Translations under genes and position numbers: made by a program
Assembly (NCBI GenBank): GCA_004293905.1
Contig: RDZE01000021.1
Span: 28,769 to 92,768, forward strand
Length of the DNA: 64,000 nucleotides
Source of the DNA: Cytophagales bacterium
Lineage (GTDB): Bacteria > Bacteroidota > Bacteroidia > Cytophagales > Microscillaceae
Direction of reading: 5' to 3'
Notes under the pieces: generated by a model
Seen by the model: only the letters and a program-made list of their open reading frames with translations
What the model was told of the DNA's origin: nothing
Database searches by the model: none
Shown here: positions 9,485-18,595 of the stretch, one piece after another
Position numbering within the stretch: the stretch's first letter is position 1
Layout of the letters: each line of letters starts with the position of its first letter

Positions 9485-10558
9485 TCATAATCCTTTTTCA
9501 AGAAGAATTTTCACTATTTTTTTAGATGTGTTACCATCTCCATATAGGTTAGGGTGAGGTGATAGCTCACTTGAATTATTTATAGATGATGATGCACTTA
9601 CAATCTTTTCAGGATTAGTGCCTACAATTATATTCCACCCTGCATTTACAGTTTCTACCCACTCCGTTTCTTCTCGCAAGGTTATACAAGGTGTTTTCAA
9701 ATAATAAGCCTCCTTTTGAATTCCTCCTGAATCAGTTAAAATCATTTTTGCATTTTTCATTAACACTATCATATCCAAATATCCAATCGGCTCTGAAAAT
9801 ATTATATTTGGTGCAATAGATAAGCCATAATCCTCGATTTTTTGTTTAGTTCTTGGGTGTAAAGGTAATATAATTTGTTGATTGATAGTACCAAATGCTT
9901 CGAAAATATTGATAAGATTTTGTTTATCATCAGTATTCTCTGCTCTGTGTATTGTTGCAAGAGAATATTGCTTTTTAGTGATATTTAGTTTTTGTAAAAC
10001 ATGTTGCATTTCCTCTGATTTCTTACTATGAAGTAATATAGCATCTAACATAATATCACCTACGTTAAATACGCCATCTGTCAAATTCTCTTTTTGGAGA
10101 TTATTTACCGCAACATCTGAAGTGGCAAAAAGCCACTCTGAAACATGGTCGGTCATGATGCGATTGACTTCTTCTGGCATTTTTTTATTAAAGCTTCTTA
10201 ATCCTGCTTCTACATGGGCAATAGGAATATGTATCTTTGCCGCAGCCAATGCCCCTGCTAAGGTAGAGTTTGTATCACCATACACCAATACTATATTTGG
10301 TTTTTCTTTTATTAAGATTTCTTCAATTTTAGTAAGCATTTCACCTGTTTGTTTCCCTTGTGTAGCACTTCCTATACCAAGGTGATAATCAGGAATTGGA
10401 ATACCCAACTCTTTGAAAAAAATATCAGACATACCATAATCATAGTGTTGCCCTGTATGAATTATTAATTCTTGGAACTCTTTTCTTAATTCAATGCTCA
10501 AAGGGCTTGCTTTAATGAATTGAGGGCGAGCACCTAATATTGTACAGATTTTAGCCAT
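9485..10558 (-). CDS. wecB: UDP-N-acetylglucosamine 2-epimerase (non-hydrolysing)
   Basis: 357 aa. N-terminus MAKICTILGARPQFIKASPL, then GDTNSTLAGALAAAK, HVEAGLRSF and LTDSGGIQKEAYYLKTPCITLREETEW are hallmark WecB/WbpI blocks. Confidence 0.9.
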   Translation of the reverse strand: MAKICTILGARPQFIKASPLSIELRKEFQELIIHTGQHYDYGMSDIFFKELGIPIPDYHLGIGSATQGKQTGEMLTKIEEILIKEKPNIVLVYGDTNSTLAGALAAAKIHIPIAHVEAGLRSFNKKMPEEVNRIMTDHVSEWLFATSDVAVNNLQKENLTDGVFNVGDIMLDAILLHSKKSEEMQHVLQKLNITKKQYSLATIHRAENTDDKQNLINIFEAFGTINQQIILPLHPRTKQKIEDYGLSIAPNIIFSEPIGYLDMIVLMKNAKMILTDSGGIQKEAYYLKTPCITLREETEWVETVNAGWNIIVGTNPEKIVSASSSINNSSELSPHPNLYGDGNTSKKIVKILLEKGL

Positions 10559-10648
10559 ATTTTGAATTATATTTTAACCATATTTTGATTAGAGAATAGT
10601 CAAAACTATGCTTAACTCATTCTTTGTTATATATCAAATAAGATTTTT

Positions 10649-11602
10649 TTATTCTTTCATAAAAGGGTGATAACTAATTTTTTTATTGGCTAAAGGGTGA
10701 TAATCCCCTTGCAATCCGACGGGTTGGGCGTTGCGTATGTCGTGTACAGTAGAAATACTACCAAATCCTCTGCCTGCTAATATTTCTTCATAGCTTAGGG
10801 TGTGTAAATCTGTAAAACCTTCACTAAATTCTATTTCTTTGCCTGCAATCGTGATAGAGCGATAAGTCCTTTGTCCTTTGGCTCTGATGGCATCGGGCAC
10901 TGCTTCCACATCTATGCTCAAAAACCACCTTACACGCGCTTGTTCTAATTCTAAGTAACCTGCCGCACGTTTGGGCTCTGATATATGCACGACATTGGTT
11001 TTTACGTTGCCAAAAATCCAAGTGAGCATATCGAAGAAGTGAACACCTATGTTGGTAGCGATTCCTCCTGATTTTTCGGTTTGTGCTTTCCAACTCGTAA
11101 AATACCAATTTCCTCTTGAGGTGATGTAGGCTAAATCTATATCATAGATTTTGTCTTTGCCTTGCGCTTCTACCTCTTTTTTAAGTGCTATAATTGCAGG
11201 GTGTAGTCGTAGTTGTAATATGTTGAATATTTTTTTGCCAGTATCTTTTTCTGCTTCTGCCAATGCTTCTATGTTCCAAGGGTTTAGCACGAGAGGTTTT
11301 TCACAAATAGCATCTGCATCGTTGCGGAGGGCAAAACGGATATGCGAATCGTGCAGATAATTGGGAGAGCAGATGCTTACGTAGTCTATTTTTTGTGGGG
11401 TTTTTCGGAGTTTGTATAGGTGTCTGTCAAATCGTTCGAATTCTGTAAAAAAATCAGCTTCGGGAAAATAACTGTCTATAATACCTACACTATCGCTTTT
11501 GTCCATAGCGGCTACCAAATGGTTTTTGGTGTCTTTGATGGCTTTCATGTGCCTTGTAGCAATGTAGCCTGCCGCGCCGATGAGGGCGAAATTTTTTGTC
11601 AT
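10649..11602 (-). CDS. Gfo/Idh/MocA-family oxidoreductase (WbpB-like sugar-nucleotide 3-dehydrogenase)
   Basis: The ORF track starts at 11638, but that codon is GTG (plus-strand cac). The ATG at 11602 gives MTKNFALIGAAGYIATRHMKAIKD, the canonical Rossmann N-terminus of WbpB-like enzymes, plus the EKPL block. Confidence 0.75.
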   Translation of the reverse strand: MTKNFALIGAAGYIATRHMKAIKDTKNHLVAAMDKSDSVGIIDSYFPEADFFTEFERFDRHLYKLRKTPQKIDYVSICSPNYLHDSHIRFALRNDADAICEKPLVLNPWNIEALAEAEKDTGKKIFNILQLRLHPAIIALKKEVEAQGKDKIYDIDLAYITSRGNWYFTSWKAQTEKSGGIATNIGVHFFDMLTWIFGNVKTNVVHISEPKRAAGYLELEQARVRWFLSIDVEAVPDAIRAKGQRTYRSITIAGKEIEFSEGFTDLHTLSYEEILAGRGFGSISTVHDIRNAQPVGLQGDYHPLANKKISYHPFMKE

Positions 11603-11660
11603 AGTTTTAATTTGTGAGGTTTTTACCAAATAGCGCACAAAATAAGAGATTATTTTTCAG

Positions 11661-11699
11661 AAAAACAAATCCATAAAAGTGTAGTTTTTTATGGATTTG
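11661..11699 (-). terminator. Intrinsic terminator after the pncA-like gene
   Basis: Perfect 13-bp inverted repeat caaatccataaaa (11666..11678) / ttttatggatttg (11687..11699) with an 8-nt loop. On the minus strand it is followed by a T-run (plus-strand aaaaa, 11661..11665). It begins 12 nt after the stop at 11711. Confidence 0.75.
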
Positions 11700-11710
11700 T
11701 GTTAGTAAGT

Positions 11711-12508
11711 TTATAGGGTTGCTTGGCTCGATTTTACGAAGCGAAGCCCCCGTTTTTGGGCTTCTTGGTAAATAGGCTCGCCTAAGTGTCCCAAATTAGG
11801 CACATCAGACATACAATCTTCTATGATAACCATTTTATTGGCTAAGTTTGGCGCATAATCTAAGGCTTGTTTAATACTTGTTGCTACGCAATGCGATTTG
11901 GCTTCGCCTGCCACATATACATTCTGATAGCTCTCCAAAGTTTTAATAAGACTTTGGTTGAGTTGCGTTTCGGGGTGGTCAGGTACGGGAATTTGGGCGC
12001 AGAATATGCCAAAATGCTCTGTAAGGGGGTAAGTGCCTTTAGTTACGGCTTGGTAATATTTGCCCTTGCGTGTCCATACCTTGAGCGCGTCCATAATTTG
12101 GTCGTCTAAGGCAGAGCCCTTAGAACCCATCAAGCAATGCTCAGGCCATATCAAGTGTGGAAACTGACCTTGTTTTTCTAAATCTTCTAAATATTTGATG
12201 GCTTTTTGAGGAAAAAAACGGGGTGTCCATTTCCCCCCTAATACATCGGCGTGTGTAATTTGTGTGAAAGGTGCTGCAAATTTACCATCTTTGTCTTGCC
12301 AAAATGAAGGGTGCGATATATCATTAACAGGGTGCGAATCTAAAGTAACACAGATACTGTCTATTTTATCAACATTTTGAATGATAAAATTTTTGAGTCT
12401 TTCCATGTCTTTCTCTGCGCCATTGACATAGAGCGCGCCATTAGGGTTGCAAAAATCGTATTGCGCATCTATAATAAGTAAAGCATTTTTTTGATTTGCC
12501 ATAAGCAT
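11711..12508 (-). CDS. pncA: Nicotinamidase / isochorismatase-family cysteine hydrolase
   Basis: 265 aa. LLIIDAQYDFCNPNGALYV (catalytic Asp block), metal-site-like LDSHPVNDISH, and catalytic Cys block GEAKSHCVATS. Confidence 0.6.
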   Translation of the reverse strand: MLMANQKNALLIIDAQYDFCNPNGALYVNGAEKDMERLKNFIIQNVDKIDSICVTLDSHPVNDISHPSFWQDKDGKFAAPFTQITHADVLGGKWTPRFFPQKAIKYLEDLEKQGQFPHLIWPEHCLMGSKGSALDDQIMDALKVWTRKGKYYQAVTKGTYPLTEHFGIFCAQIPVPDHPETQLNQSLIKTLESYQNVYVAGEAKSHCVATSIKQALDYAPNLANKMVIIEDCMSDVPNLGHLGEPIYQEAQKRGLRFVKSSQATL

Positions 12509-12605
12509 AAATGAGATAAATAGATAAAATAAAAATACAAAGTATCAAAGGGTGAAATTATAAAAATAAAAAGACAATGAAAAACAAGAGGGCATATTTT
12601 TGATA

Positions 12606-12642
12606 AAAAAATACTACAATTTTGGAACAAAAAATACTACAA
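12606..12642 (+). repeat. 14-bp direct repeat AAAAAATACTACAA x2 in a divergent promoter region
   Basis: Copies at 12606..12619 and 12629..12642 (23-bp period), 38-74 nt upstream of the ABC ATPase ATG at 12680. Confidence 0.6.
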
Positions 12643-12679
12643 AATAGTTATTATTCCAACTCCATAAAAGTACAACTCC

Positions 12680-13393
12680 ATGAATACCACTCCCAAAGTA
12701 GTTGCAGCATTACAAGAAGCGGGCAAAACCTACCTTTCTGCTGATAATGAAGTAATAGCCCTCTATCCCACCTCCGTAGAGATTAATGAAAGGGAACTCA
12801 TGCTCATTGTAGGTCCTTCGGGTTCGGGCAAAACAACATTACTCTCCCTATTAGGTTGTGTGATTTACCCTTCATCGGGCGAGGTAAAAGTGAATAACAT
12901 TGCCGTTTCCACACTGAATCAAAAACAATTAGCAAAGTTACGCCTCCAAAACATAGGCTTTGTATTCCAAAGTATGAACCTTTTGGCACCACTCACCGCC
13001 TGCCAAAATGTGATGATTCCCCTACAACTCTTGGGAATGAGCGAAAAAGAAGCAAAAAAGCGGGCTTTGCAAGCCTTAGAAAAAGTAGGAATGCTCGATA
13101 GGCAAAAATTCAAGCCCAAACAAATGTCAGGAGGACAACAGCAACGCGTAGCCATAGCGCGGGCTTTAGTTACAGAAGCCCCACTCATTCTTTGTGATGA
13201 ACCTACGGCTGCTTTAGATGCCAAATCTTTAGTAGTAGTGATGGAAGAGTTGCGGAAATTAGCCAATGAGGGCAAAGCTGTTGCAGTAGTTACACACGAC
13301 CCACGCCTAAAGCCCTATGCCGATAGGTTGGTGATGGTAGAAAATGGAAAAATTCAATCAATAGAAACCCTTATTCATTCTGAAAATAATTAA
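12680..13393 (+). CDS. ABC transporter ATP-binding protein (MacB/LolD/DevA-like)
   Basis: 237 aa. Walker A GPSGSGKTTLL, signature MSGGQQQRVAIARAL, Walker B ILCDEPTAALD, H-loop VVTHD. Confidence 0.9.
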   Translation: MNTTPKVVAALQEAGKTYLSADNEVIALYPTSVEINERELMLIVGPSGSGKTTLLSLLGCVIYPSSGEVKVNNIAVSTLNQKQLAKLRLQNIGFVFQSMNLLAPLTACQNVMIPLQLLGMSEKEAKKRALQALEKVGMLDRQKFKPKQMSGGQQQRVAIARALVTEAPLILCDEPTAALDAKSLVVVMEELRKLANEGKAVAVVTHDPRLKPYADRLVMVENGKIQSIETLIHSENN

Positions 13394-13399
13394 AGAACC

Positions 13400-14368
13400 A
13401 TGAAACAGAACACTCATCGTATTTCTTCCTTGTTCGTTTTATTTTTGTATAGCAGTGTTGTTTTTTTTACACAATGCTCAGGCACTAAAAACGAAACACA
13501 AAAGAACGATTCCACGCAAGCCAATCAAAAATTGAACATAGATAAAATAGTGGCTACCGCACGCATAGAGCCTGAAACCAAAATAGTAAACCTAAGCAGT
13601 GAGGTCAGTGGCGTAGTGAAAGAAGTACGCGTAAAATCGGGCGATAAGGTAAAAAAGGGAGATATTTTGCTAATTCTTAACAATGATTTGGAACAAGCAC
13701 AAGTAAATCAAAACCAAGCCAATGTACAAGTCATCAGAGGAAGCCGCGCCGATTTGGAGGCTTCATTGCAAAATGCGAAAATAAAAGCCGAAAACGCCCT
13801 CAAAAAATACCAAAGGCTGAAAAATGCCTTCGAGCAAAACGCTGAAACACAGCAAAATGTGGACAATGCCGAAACCGAATACCGCACTGCCCTCAAAGAC
13901 ATAGACAAAATACAAGCCCAAATTACCAACAATGGTAACCAAGTGCAGGAAGGCATAGAACGCGTATCATTGGCGAGTGTACAAGTAGACAAAAAAATCA
14001 TCAAAGCCCCTTCCAATGGCACTATACTCTCCATAGACATTCAACCGGGCAGTGCCATTGTCGCCCTCAATCCCTTAGCTGAATTTGCCCCCGATGGTGC
14101 TATTGTAGCCATTTGCGAAGTAGACGAACTCTTTGCTACTGAGGTAAAAATAGGGCAAAAAGCCTTTGTGAGGCTCGTAGGCAAAACCGAAACCCTTGCT
14201 ACAGGGGAGGTAGTAGCCGTAGCACCTTATTTGAGAAAAAAATCTTTGTTTTCAGATGCAGGCGGTGATTTAGAAGACCGCCGCGTGAGAGAAGTTAAAA
14301 TAAGACTCAATAGCAGCCCCAAACTCATTTTAGGTATGCGCGTGGAAGCAGTCATTAGTACAAAATAA
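13400..14368 (+). CDS. HlyD-family membrane-fusion / periplasmic adaptor protein (DevB-like)
   Basis: 322 aa. Signal/anchor N-terminus, a lipoyl-like block (VKEVRVKSGDKVKKGDILLIL), a long Q/E/N-rich coiled coil and a beta-barrel C-terminus. 6-nt gap from the ATPase gene. Confidence 0.75.
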   Translation: MKQNTHRISSLFVLFLYSSVVFFTQCSGTKNETQKNDSTQANQKLNIDKIVATARIEPETKIVNLSSEVSGVVKEVRVKSGDKVKKGDILLILNNDLEQAQVNQNQANVQVIRGSRADLEASLQNAKIKAENALKKYQRLKNAFEQNAETQQNVDNAETEYRTALKDIDKIQAQITNNGNQVQEGIERVSLASVQVDKKIIKAPSNGTILSIDIQPGSAIVALNPLAEFAPDGAIVAICEVDELFATEVKIGQKAFVRLVGKTETLATGEVVAVAPYLRKKSLFSDAGGDLEDRRVREVKIRLNSSPKLILGMRVEAVISTK

Positions 14369-14400
14369 CTTTAAAAAAAACATTTACATCTAAAAATACC

Positions 14401-15522
14401 ATGTTCAAAACAGCCATTCGTTTCATGTTGTACGACAAGCCCAAAACCATCGGGGCTTTATTTGGAGTAGTAATTGCCATTTTTCTCATTGGGCAACAAA
14501 CAGGCATCTTTTTGTTTCTCACAGGGGCAATGTCTGCACTTGCCGATAACACACGTACTGACCTATGGATAGTAGATGAGCGAACGACCAATGTCAATGC
14601 TTTAGGTTTGCTTGATACTCGCTTCGGCAACGAGTTGGCTTCTTTTGCAGGGGTCAAAAAAGTGTATCCCTTTTTGGTAGCGGGTGGCTCTGCCAAATTT
14701 GCCAACGGAAAAACATACGGCGTGCAATTAGTAGGCTCACAAGCTCCCTATTTTGTAGGAGGACCTTGGAATATGATACAAGGGAGTTACGAAAATTTAC
14801 TCAACGAAGGGGCAGTTTCGGCAGACTATTTCGACCGAAAAAACTTAGGCGATGCACAATATGGAGAGTATTTCGAAATCAATGGCAAAAAAGTATTCAT
14901 TGCCGCACAAACACGCGGGGCAAGAGGCTTTGGAGCGGTCTACCTCTTCACCACCATAGAACGGGCGCGGGCTTTAGGACGCGTAAACCCAAATAAAGTG
15001 AGCGCGTTTTTAATAGAACTTGAACCCAATGCCAACCCCGAAGCCGTTCGCGATGCCATCAATCAACATTTAGTAGGGGTAAAAGCGTGGCTTCCTAAAG
15101 ATTTTGCGCGGGCAACAGTCATCAATATTCTTACTTCGAGTGGTATAGCCATCTCTACGGGGACACTCATTGTTTTTGCTGTCATTTCAGGTACGGTCAT
15201 TATTGGGCTTACACTTTATTCCGCAGCCGTTGACCGCCTAAAAGATTATGCGACACTCAAAGCCATCGGAGCTACCAATGGGTATATCAGCCGACTGATT
15301 TATACACAAGCAATCATTATTGCTCTAATAGGTTATATTGTAGGTTCTTTTTTAGTAGAAGGATTCAGAAATGGTGTGGCACAAGGTGGGGCAATATTTT
15401 TTATTACTCCTACGCTCAGGGTTGTTTTTTTAGTACTAACGCTTAGTATTGCTACTTTTGGGGCTTATTTTGCCATTCGCCGCATCACCCAAACAGAACC
15501 CGCCTCTGTATTTAGGGCATAA
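14401..15522 (+). CDS. ABC transporter permease (FtsX/DevC-like)
   Basis: 373 aa. One N-terminal TM helix, a large extracytoplasmic domain, and a C-terminal 3-helix FtsX-type bundle (LKAIGATNGYISRLIYTQAIIIALIG). Confidence 0.8.
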   Translation: MFKTAIRFMLYDKPKTIGALFGVVIAIFLIGQQTGIFLFLTGAMSALADNTRTDLWIVDERTTNVNALGLLDTRFGNELASFAGVKKVYPFLVAGGSAKFANGKTYGVQLVGSQAPYFVGGPWNMIQGSYENLLNEGAVSADYFDRKNLGDAQYGEYFEINGKKVFIAAQTRGARGFGAVYLFTTIERARALGRVNPNKVSAFLIELEPNANPEAVRDAINQHLVGVKAWLPKDFARATVINILTSSGIAISTGTLIVFAVISGTVIIGLTLYSAAVDRLKDYATLKAIGATNGYISRLIYTQAIIIALIGYIVGSFLVEGFRNGVAQGGAIFFITPTLRVVFLVLTLSIATFGAYFAIRRITQTEPASVFRA

Positions 15523-15550
15523 AAACCTAAAAACAAAAGCTACTTTTGAT

Positions 15551-15558
15551 TAGTTTTG
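15551..15558 (+). promoter_or_regulatory. Candidate -7 promoter box TAGTTTTG for menA
   Basis: Exact TAnnTTTG match 22 nt upstream of the ATG at 15580. It overlaps the TTG (15556) that the ORF track used as a start, which argues against that start. Confidence 0.4.
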
Positions 15559-15579
15559 CAAAAAAATAGAATTTTTTTT

Positions 15580-16491
15580 ATGCCAAATACTTCCCCTACT
15601 TTGCAAGATTGGCTCTCTGCCTTTCGCCTTCGCACCTTGCCCTTAGCCTTCAGTGGTATAGGCTTAGGTGCTTTTTTAGCCGCAAGTCTTCAGCGTTTCA
15701 ATCTTTGGATTTGCCTACTTTCTCTGCTCACTACCTTATTTTTACAAGTGTTGTCCAATTTAGCCAATGATTATGGCGATAGCGTACACGGGGCAGATAG
15801 TGAAACTCGCAAAGGACCGCAACGTGCCGTACAAAAAGGGACTATCACTGCTTCGCAAATGCTAAAAGCTATTTATATTTGTAGTGCTTTTGCTTTTATT
15901 ACAGGGCTCACTCTTTTATTGGTTGCCTTACAAAACCTGACTGATATTTTGATATTTTTAGGTTTGGGCGTATTAGCTATCATTGCTGCCATCACCTACA
16001 CCGCAGGCAAACGACCCTATGGGTATGCAGGTTTGGGCGATTTGTCAGTGCTGATTTTTTTTGGAGGTGTTGCAGTGTTAGGAAGTGTCTATTTACATGC
16101 GCATACCCTTAAATGGCTGTTTCTATTACCTGCCCTCAGCGCGGGTGCTTTTGCCGTAGGCGTGCTCAATATTAACAATATCAGAGACATAGACTCCGAC
16201 CAACAAGCAGGGAAAAAGTCTATTCCTGTGCGTATTGGTAGAAAAAATGCCATTTATTATCATTGGTTTTTATTATTAGCAGGAATATCTTCCACAGTAG
16301 TATATGCTTCGCAGCAGTTTACTTCCCCTGTACAATGGTTATTTTTGTTGGCAATACCTCTTTTTATTCATAATGGCAGACAAGTAAGCCGTTTTGCGCA
16401 AGAACCCCGCCAAATAGACCCTTATCTTAAGCAAATGGCACTAAGTACCTTACTTTTTGTCTTACTTTTTGGCATAGGAAGTCTTTTATAA
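15580..16491 (+). CDS. menA: 1,4-dihydroxy-2-naphthoate polyprenyltransferase (UbiA family)
   Basis: The track start at 15556 is TTG. The ATG at 15580 gives MPNTSPTLQDWLSAFRLRTLPLA. Asp-rich motifs NDYGDSVHGAD and NNIRDIDSD, and 8-9 TM helices. Confidence 0.85.
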   Translation: MPNTSPTLQDWLSAFRLRTLPLAFSGIGLGAFLAASLQRFNLWICLLSLLTTLFLQVLSNLANDYGDSVHGADSETRKGPQRAVQKGTITASQMLKAIYICSAFAFITGLTLLLVALQNLTDILIFLGLGVLAIIAAITYTAGKRPYGYAGLGDLSVLIFFGGVAVLGSVYLHAHTLKWLFLLPALSAGAFAVGVLNINNIRDIDSDQQAGKKSIPVRIGRKNAIYYHWFLLLAGISSTVVYASQQFTSPVQWLFLLAIPLFIHNGRQVSRFAQEPRQIDPYLKQMALSTLLFVLLFGIGSLL

Positions 16492-16509
16492 TCCTAAAAA
16501 TGATATAAA

Positions 16510-16526
16510 TATGACATTTTGTCATA
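16510..16526. promoter_or_regulatory. Perfect palindrome TATGACA-TTT-TGTCATA between menA and dnaK
   Basis: 7-bp arms at 16510..16516 and 16520..16526. The stem is AT-rich with no following T-run, so it is a poor terminator. It could be an operator. Confidence 0.3.
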
Positions 16527-16536
16527 AAAATATTCT

Positions 16537-16552
16537 TGGCACAAGGGTTGTT
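16537..16552 (+). promoter_or_regulatory. Possible -24/-12 (sigma-54-like) element upstream of dnaK
   Basis: TGGCAC-aaggg-TTGTT versus the consensus TGGCAC-N5-TTGCW. There is one mismatch, in the -12 GC. It lies 85 nt upstream of the dnaK ATG. Confidence 0.2.
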
Positions 16553-16636
16553 TCTGAATGAGTATATCTTATCGCTTTTTATCGATATTTTTTTGGAACA
16601 CAATTATTAACATCATACATCAAACAATACAACACA

Positions 16637-18538
16637 ATGGGTAAAATCATCGGAATAGATTTAGGAACTACCAACAGTTGCGTTGCTGTTATGGAAGGCA
16701 ACGAACCCGTAGTAATTGCCAATAGCGAAGGCAAACGTACTACTCCCTCCATAGTAGCATTTTTAGACAATGGCAACGGCGAGCGCAAAGTAGGCGACCC
16801 TGCCAAAAGGCAAGCCATCACCAACCCCAGAAATACGGTATACTCCATCAAGCGTTTTATGGGTAAAAAAATGACCGAAGTAGGCGAAGAAATTACTCGC
16901 ATGCCCTACACCGTAGAATCAGGAACAAATAACACAGCAAGAGTGCGTATCGGTGATAGACTCTATACTCCGCAAGAAATTTCGGCAATGATTCTGCAAA
17001 AAATGAAACAAACAGCAGAAGATTATTTAGGCACTACCGTTACCGAAGCCGTAGTTACTGTGCCTGCTTACTTCAACGATGCAGAACGCCAAGCAACTAA
17101 AGAAGCAGGACAAATTGCAGGCTTAGATGTAAAACGCATCATCAATGAACCCACCGCCGCTGCCTTAGCCTATGGCTTAGACAAACGTAGCAGAGATATG
17201 AAAATAGCTGTATTCGACTTAGGAGGTGGTACTTTCGATATCTCTATTCTCGAATTAGGCGATGGTGTTTTTGAAGTAAAATCTACCAATGGCGATGTGC
17301 ATTTAGGGGGCGATAACTTTGATGAGAGAATCATTGACTGGTTGGCTGATGAATTTAAAAAAGATGAAAATGTAGACCTTCGCAAAGACCCTATGGCTTT
17401 GCAACGCCTCAAAGAAGCCGCTGAAAAAGCTAAAATAGAACTTTCAAGCTCTTCTGTAACAGATATTAACTTGCCCTACGTAACCTCCGTAGATGGTGTT
17501 CCTAAACACTTAGTAAAACAACTCACACGTGCTAAATTCGAACAATTAGTAGATGATTTGGTACAACGCACCCTCGAACCTTGCCGCAAAGCAATGGGCG
17601 ATGCAAGCCTAAAACCTGCCGATATCGATGAGGTAATCTTAGTAGGTGGTTCTACACGTATCCCCAAAATTCAGGAGGTAGTAGAACAGTTCTTTGGCAA
17701 AAAACCTTCAAAAGGTGTAAACCCTGATGAAGTAGTAGCAGTAGGTGCGGCTATTCAAGGAGGTGTATTGACAGGTGATGTTACCGATGTATTGCTTTTA
17801 GATGTTACACCACTTTCATTAGGTATTGAAACGATGGGAGGTGTATTTACTAAATTGATAGAAGCCAATACAACCATTCCTACTAAAAAATCTGAAACTT
17901 TCTCTACAGCAAGCGACAATCAACCCTCTGTTGATATTCACGTATTGCAAGGTGAGCGACCTTTGGCAAAAGACAATCGTACTATCGGGCGTTTTAGCTT
18001 GGCAGATTTGCCCCCTGCACCACGCGGCGTGCCTCAAATAGAAGTAACTTTTGACATCGATGCCAACGGTATACTACAAGTTTCTGCCCGCGACAAAGGA
18101 ACAGGTAAAGAGCAAAAAATCAAAATAGAGGCTTCTTCTGGGCTTAGCAAAGACGAAATAGAGCGTATGAAACGTGAAGCAGAAGCCAACGCCGCTACTG
18201 ATGCTGCTGAAAAAGAGAAAATAGAAAAAATCAATGCGGCAGATTCCTTGATTTTCCAAACCGAAAAACAAGTGAAAGAATATGGCGACAAAATGTCCCA
18301 AAATAGTCGTGATGCCATAGAAGCTGCCTTAGGCAAACTCAGAACTGCACATGCCGCCAAAGATGCCAATCAGATAGATGCGGCAACTGAAGCACTCAAC
18401 GCCGCTTGGCAACAAGCCTCGCAAGAAATTTATGCACAAGGTGGCACTGAAGGCACTGGTACTACTGCCGAAAATGGAAATGCCCAAAGTGGTAAAGACG
18501 ATGTTACCGATGTAGATTTCGAAGAAGTGAAACAATAA
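16637..18538 (+). CDS. dnaK: Molecular chaperone DnaK (Hsp70)
   Basis: 633 aa. [35 protein letters not shown], and a C-terminal acidic tail ending DVDFEEVKQ. Confidence 0.98.
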   Translation: MGKIIGIDLGTTNSCVAVMEGNEPVVIANSEGKRTTPSIVAFLDNGNGERKVGDPAKRQAITNPRNTVYSIKRFMGKKMTEVGEEITRMPYTVESGTNNTARVRIGDRLYTPQEISAMILQKMKQTAEDYLGTTVTEAVVTVPAYFNDAERQATKEAGQIAGLDVKRIINEPTAAALAYGLDKRSRDMKIAVFDLGGGTFDISILELGDGVFEVKSTNGDVHLGGDNFDERIIDWLADEFKKDENVDLRKDPMALQRLKEAAEKAKIELSSSSVTDINLPYVTSVDGVPKHLVKQLTRAKFEQLVDDLVQRTLEPCRKAMGDASLKPADIDEVILVGGSTRIPKIQEVVEQFFGKKPSKGVNPDEVVAVGAAIQGGVLTGDVTDVLLLDVTPLSLGIETMGGVFTKLIEANTTIPTKKSETFSTASDNQPSVDIHVLQGERPLAKDNRTIGRFSLADLPPAPRGVPQIEVTFDIDANGILQVSARDKGTGKEQKIKIEASSGLSKDEIERMKREAEANAATDAAEKEKIEKINAADSLIFQTEKQVKEYGDKMSQNSRDAIEAALGKLRTAHAAKDANQIDAATEALNAAWQQASQEIYAQGGTEGTGTTAENGNAQSGKDDVTDVDFEEVKQ

Positions 18539-18562
18539 ACAGAGTAATACATTCTCTAACAA

Positions 18563-18595
18563 AAGGGGCTGCTTTTTAGTAGCCCCTTATTTTTT
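18563..18595. terminator. Bidirectional intrinsic terminator between convergent genes
   Basis: Stem aaggggct (18563..18570) / agcccctt (18581..18588), followed by attttttc on the plus strand and preceded by an A-run. Confidence 0.7.

Noticed and set aside
10555-10588. 11-bp direct repeat CCATATTTTGA x2 (10555..10565, 10578..10588) spanning the wecB start codon, creating a 4-codon upstream mini-ORF (ATGGTTAAAATATAA)
   Set aside because: The repeat is short and AT-rich, in AT-rich DNA. It is plausibly chance or a local duplication of the start region, and nothing else supports a regulatory role.
16492-16636. Looked for a CIRCE (HrcA) operator upstream of dnaK
   Set aside because: No match to TTAGCACTC-N9-GAGTGCTAA is present. 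Only the unrelated TATGACA palindrome is there.
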